Source: Octopus sinensis
Lineage: Eukaryota
DNA: 64,000 nt
NCBI RefSeq assembly: GCF_006345805.1
Contig: NC_042998.1
Coordinates: 75,082,001-75,146,000 of the forward strand
Direction of reading: 5' to 3'
In this document: one piece after another, positions 63,797 to 64,000 of the stretch
Layout: the number at the start of each line of letters is the position of its first letter
Numbering within the stretch: position 1 is the first letter of the stretch
Notes under the pieces: model-generated
Seen by the model: only the letters and a program-made list of their open reading frames with translations
The model's database searches: none
What the model was told of the DNA's origin: nothing
Position numbers and translations under genes: made by a program

Positions 63797-64000
63797 GAAT
63801 GCCCTTGTTTGAATTTGAAAACACTGAAAATGGGAGCATACCCTTTCGGCTTGTTTTACCCTCAATTGTTGAAATTATAATTCATCTCTCTCTACTTAAT
63901 GTCTCGGATTTTACCGAAAAAAGCATAGTGTTTGCTGATTTTAACCCACGCTGGTGGAAAGGGGAGAGCAGAAATTCTTCGCTTGCATATTTGAGTTTGT

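Larger units (their letters stand above)
62988..64000 (-). mobile_element. Tandem PLE-type terminal repeat / retrozyme-like array: full unit 62988-63550, partial unit 63551-63855, inverted segment 63856-64000+
   Basis: Period 562-563 bp with near-identical copies; 63856-64000 is the reverse complement of 63331-63475; each unit carries a hammerhead. Confidence 0.85.

Overview
AT-rich, microsatellite-saturated eukaryotic genomic DNA, most likely from an octopus (inferred from memory of octopod tRNA-derived SINE families; not verified by search). I found no confidently identifiable host protein-coding gene. Most of the ORF track is an artefact of (TA)n/(CA)n/(GATA)n/(AAT)n repeats or decayed transposon coding sequence. 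Recognisable content: two full-length, dead D,D34D mariner copies in inverted orientation about 4.2 kb apart; a Tc1-like fragment; fragments of CR1/L2-like, R4/Dong-like, RTE-like and RLE-type non-LTR retrotransposons; about 15 SINE copies; several Penelope-like element (PLE) RT and GIY-YIG fragments; and many fold-back (palindromic) segments. The most interesting signal is a set of type-I hammerhead ribozyme motifs in PLE-type terminal repeats. One pair lies in a 562-bp tandem repeat that could release a monomer or circular RNA. Three loci share an unusually long 26-nt stem II. Every motif with an intact catalytic core is on the minus strand, and most have an inverted duplication at their 5' side. 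All structures and identities were worked out by eye and need computational confirmation.
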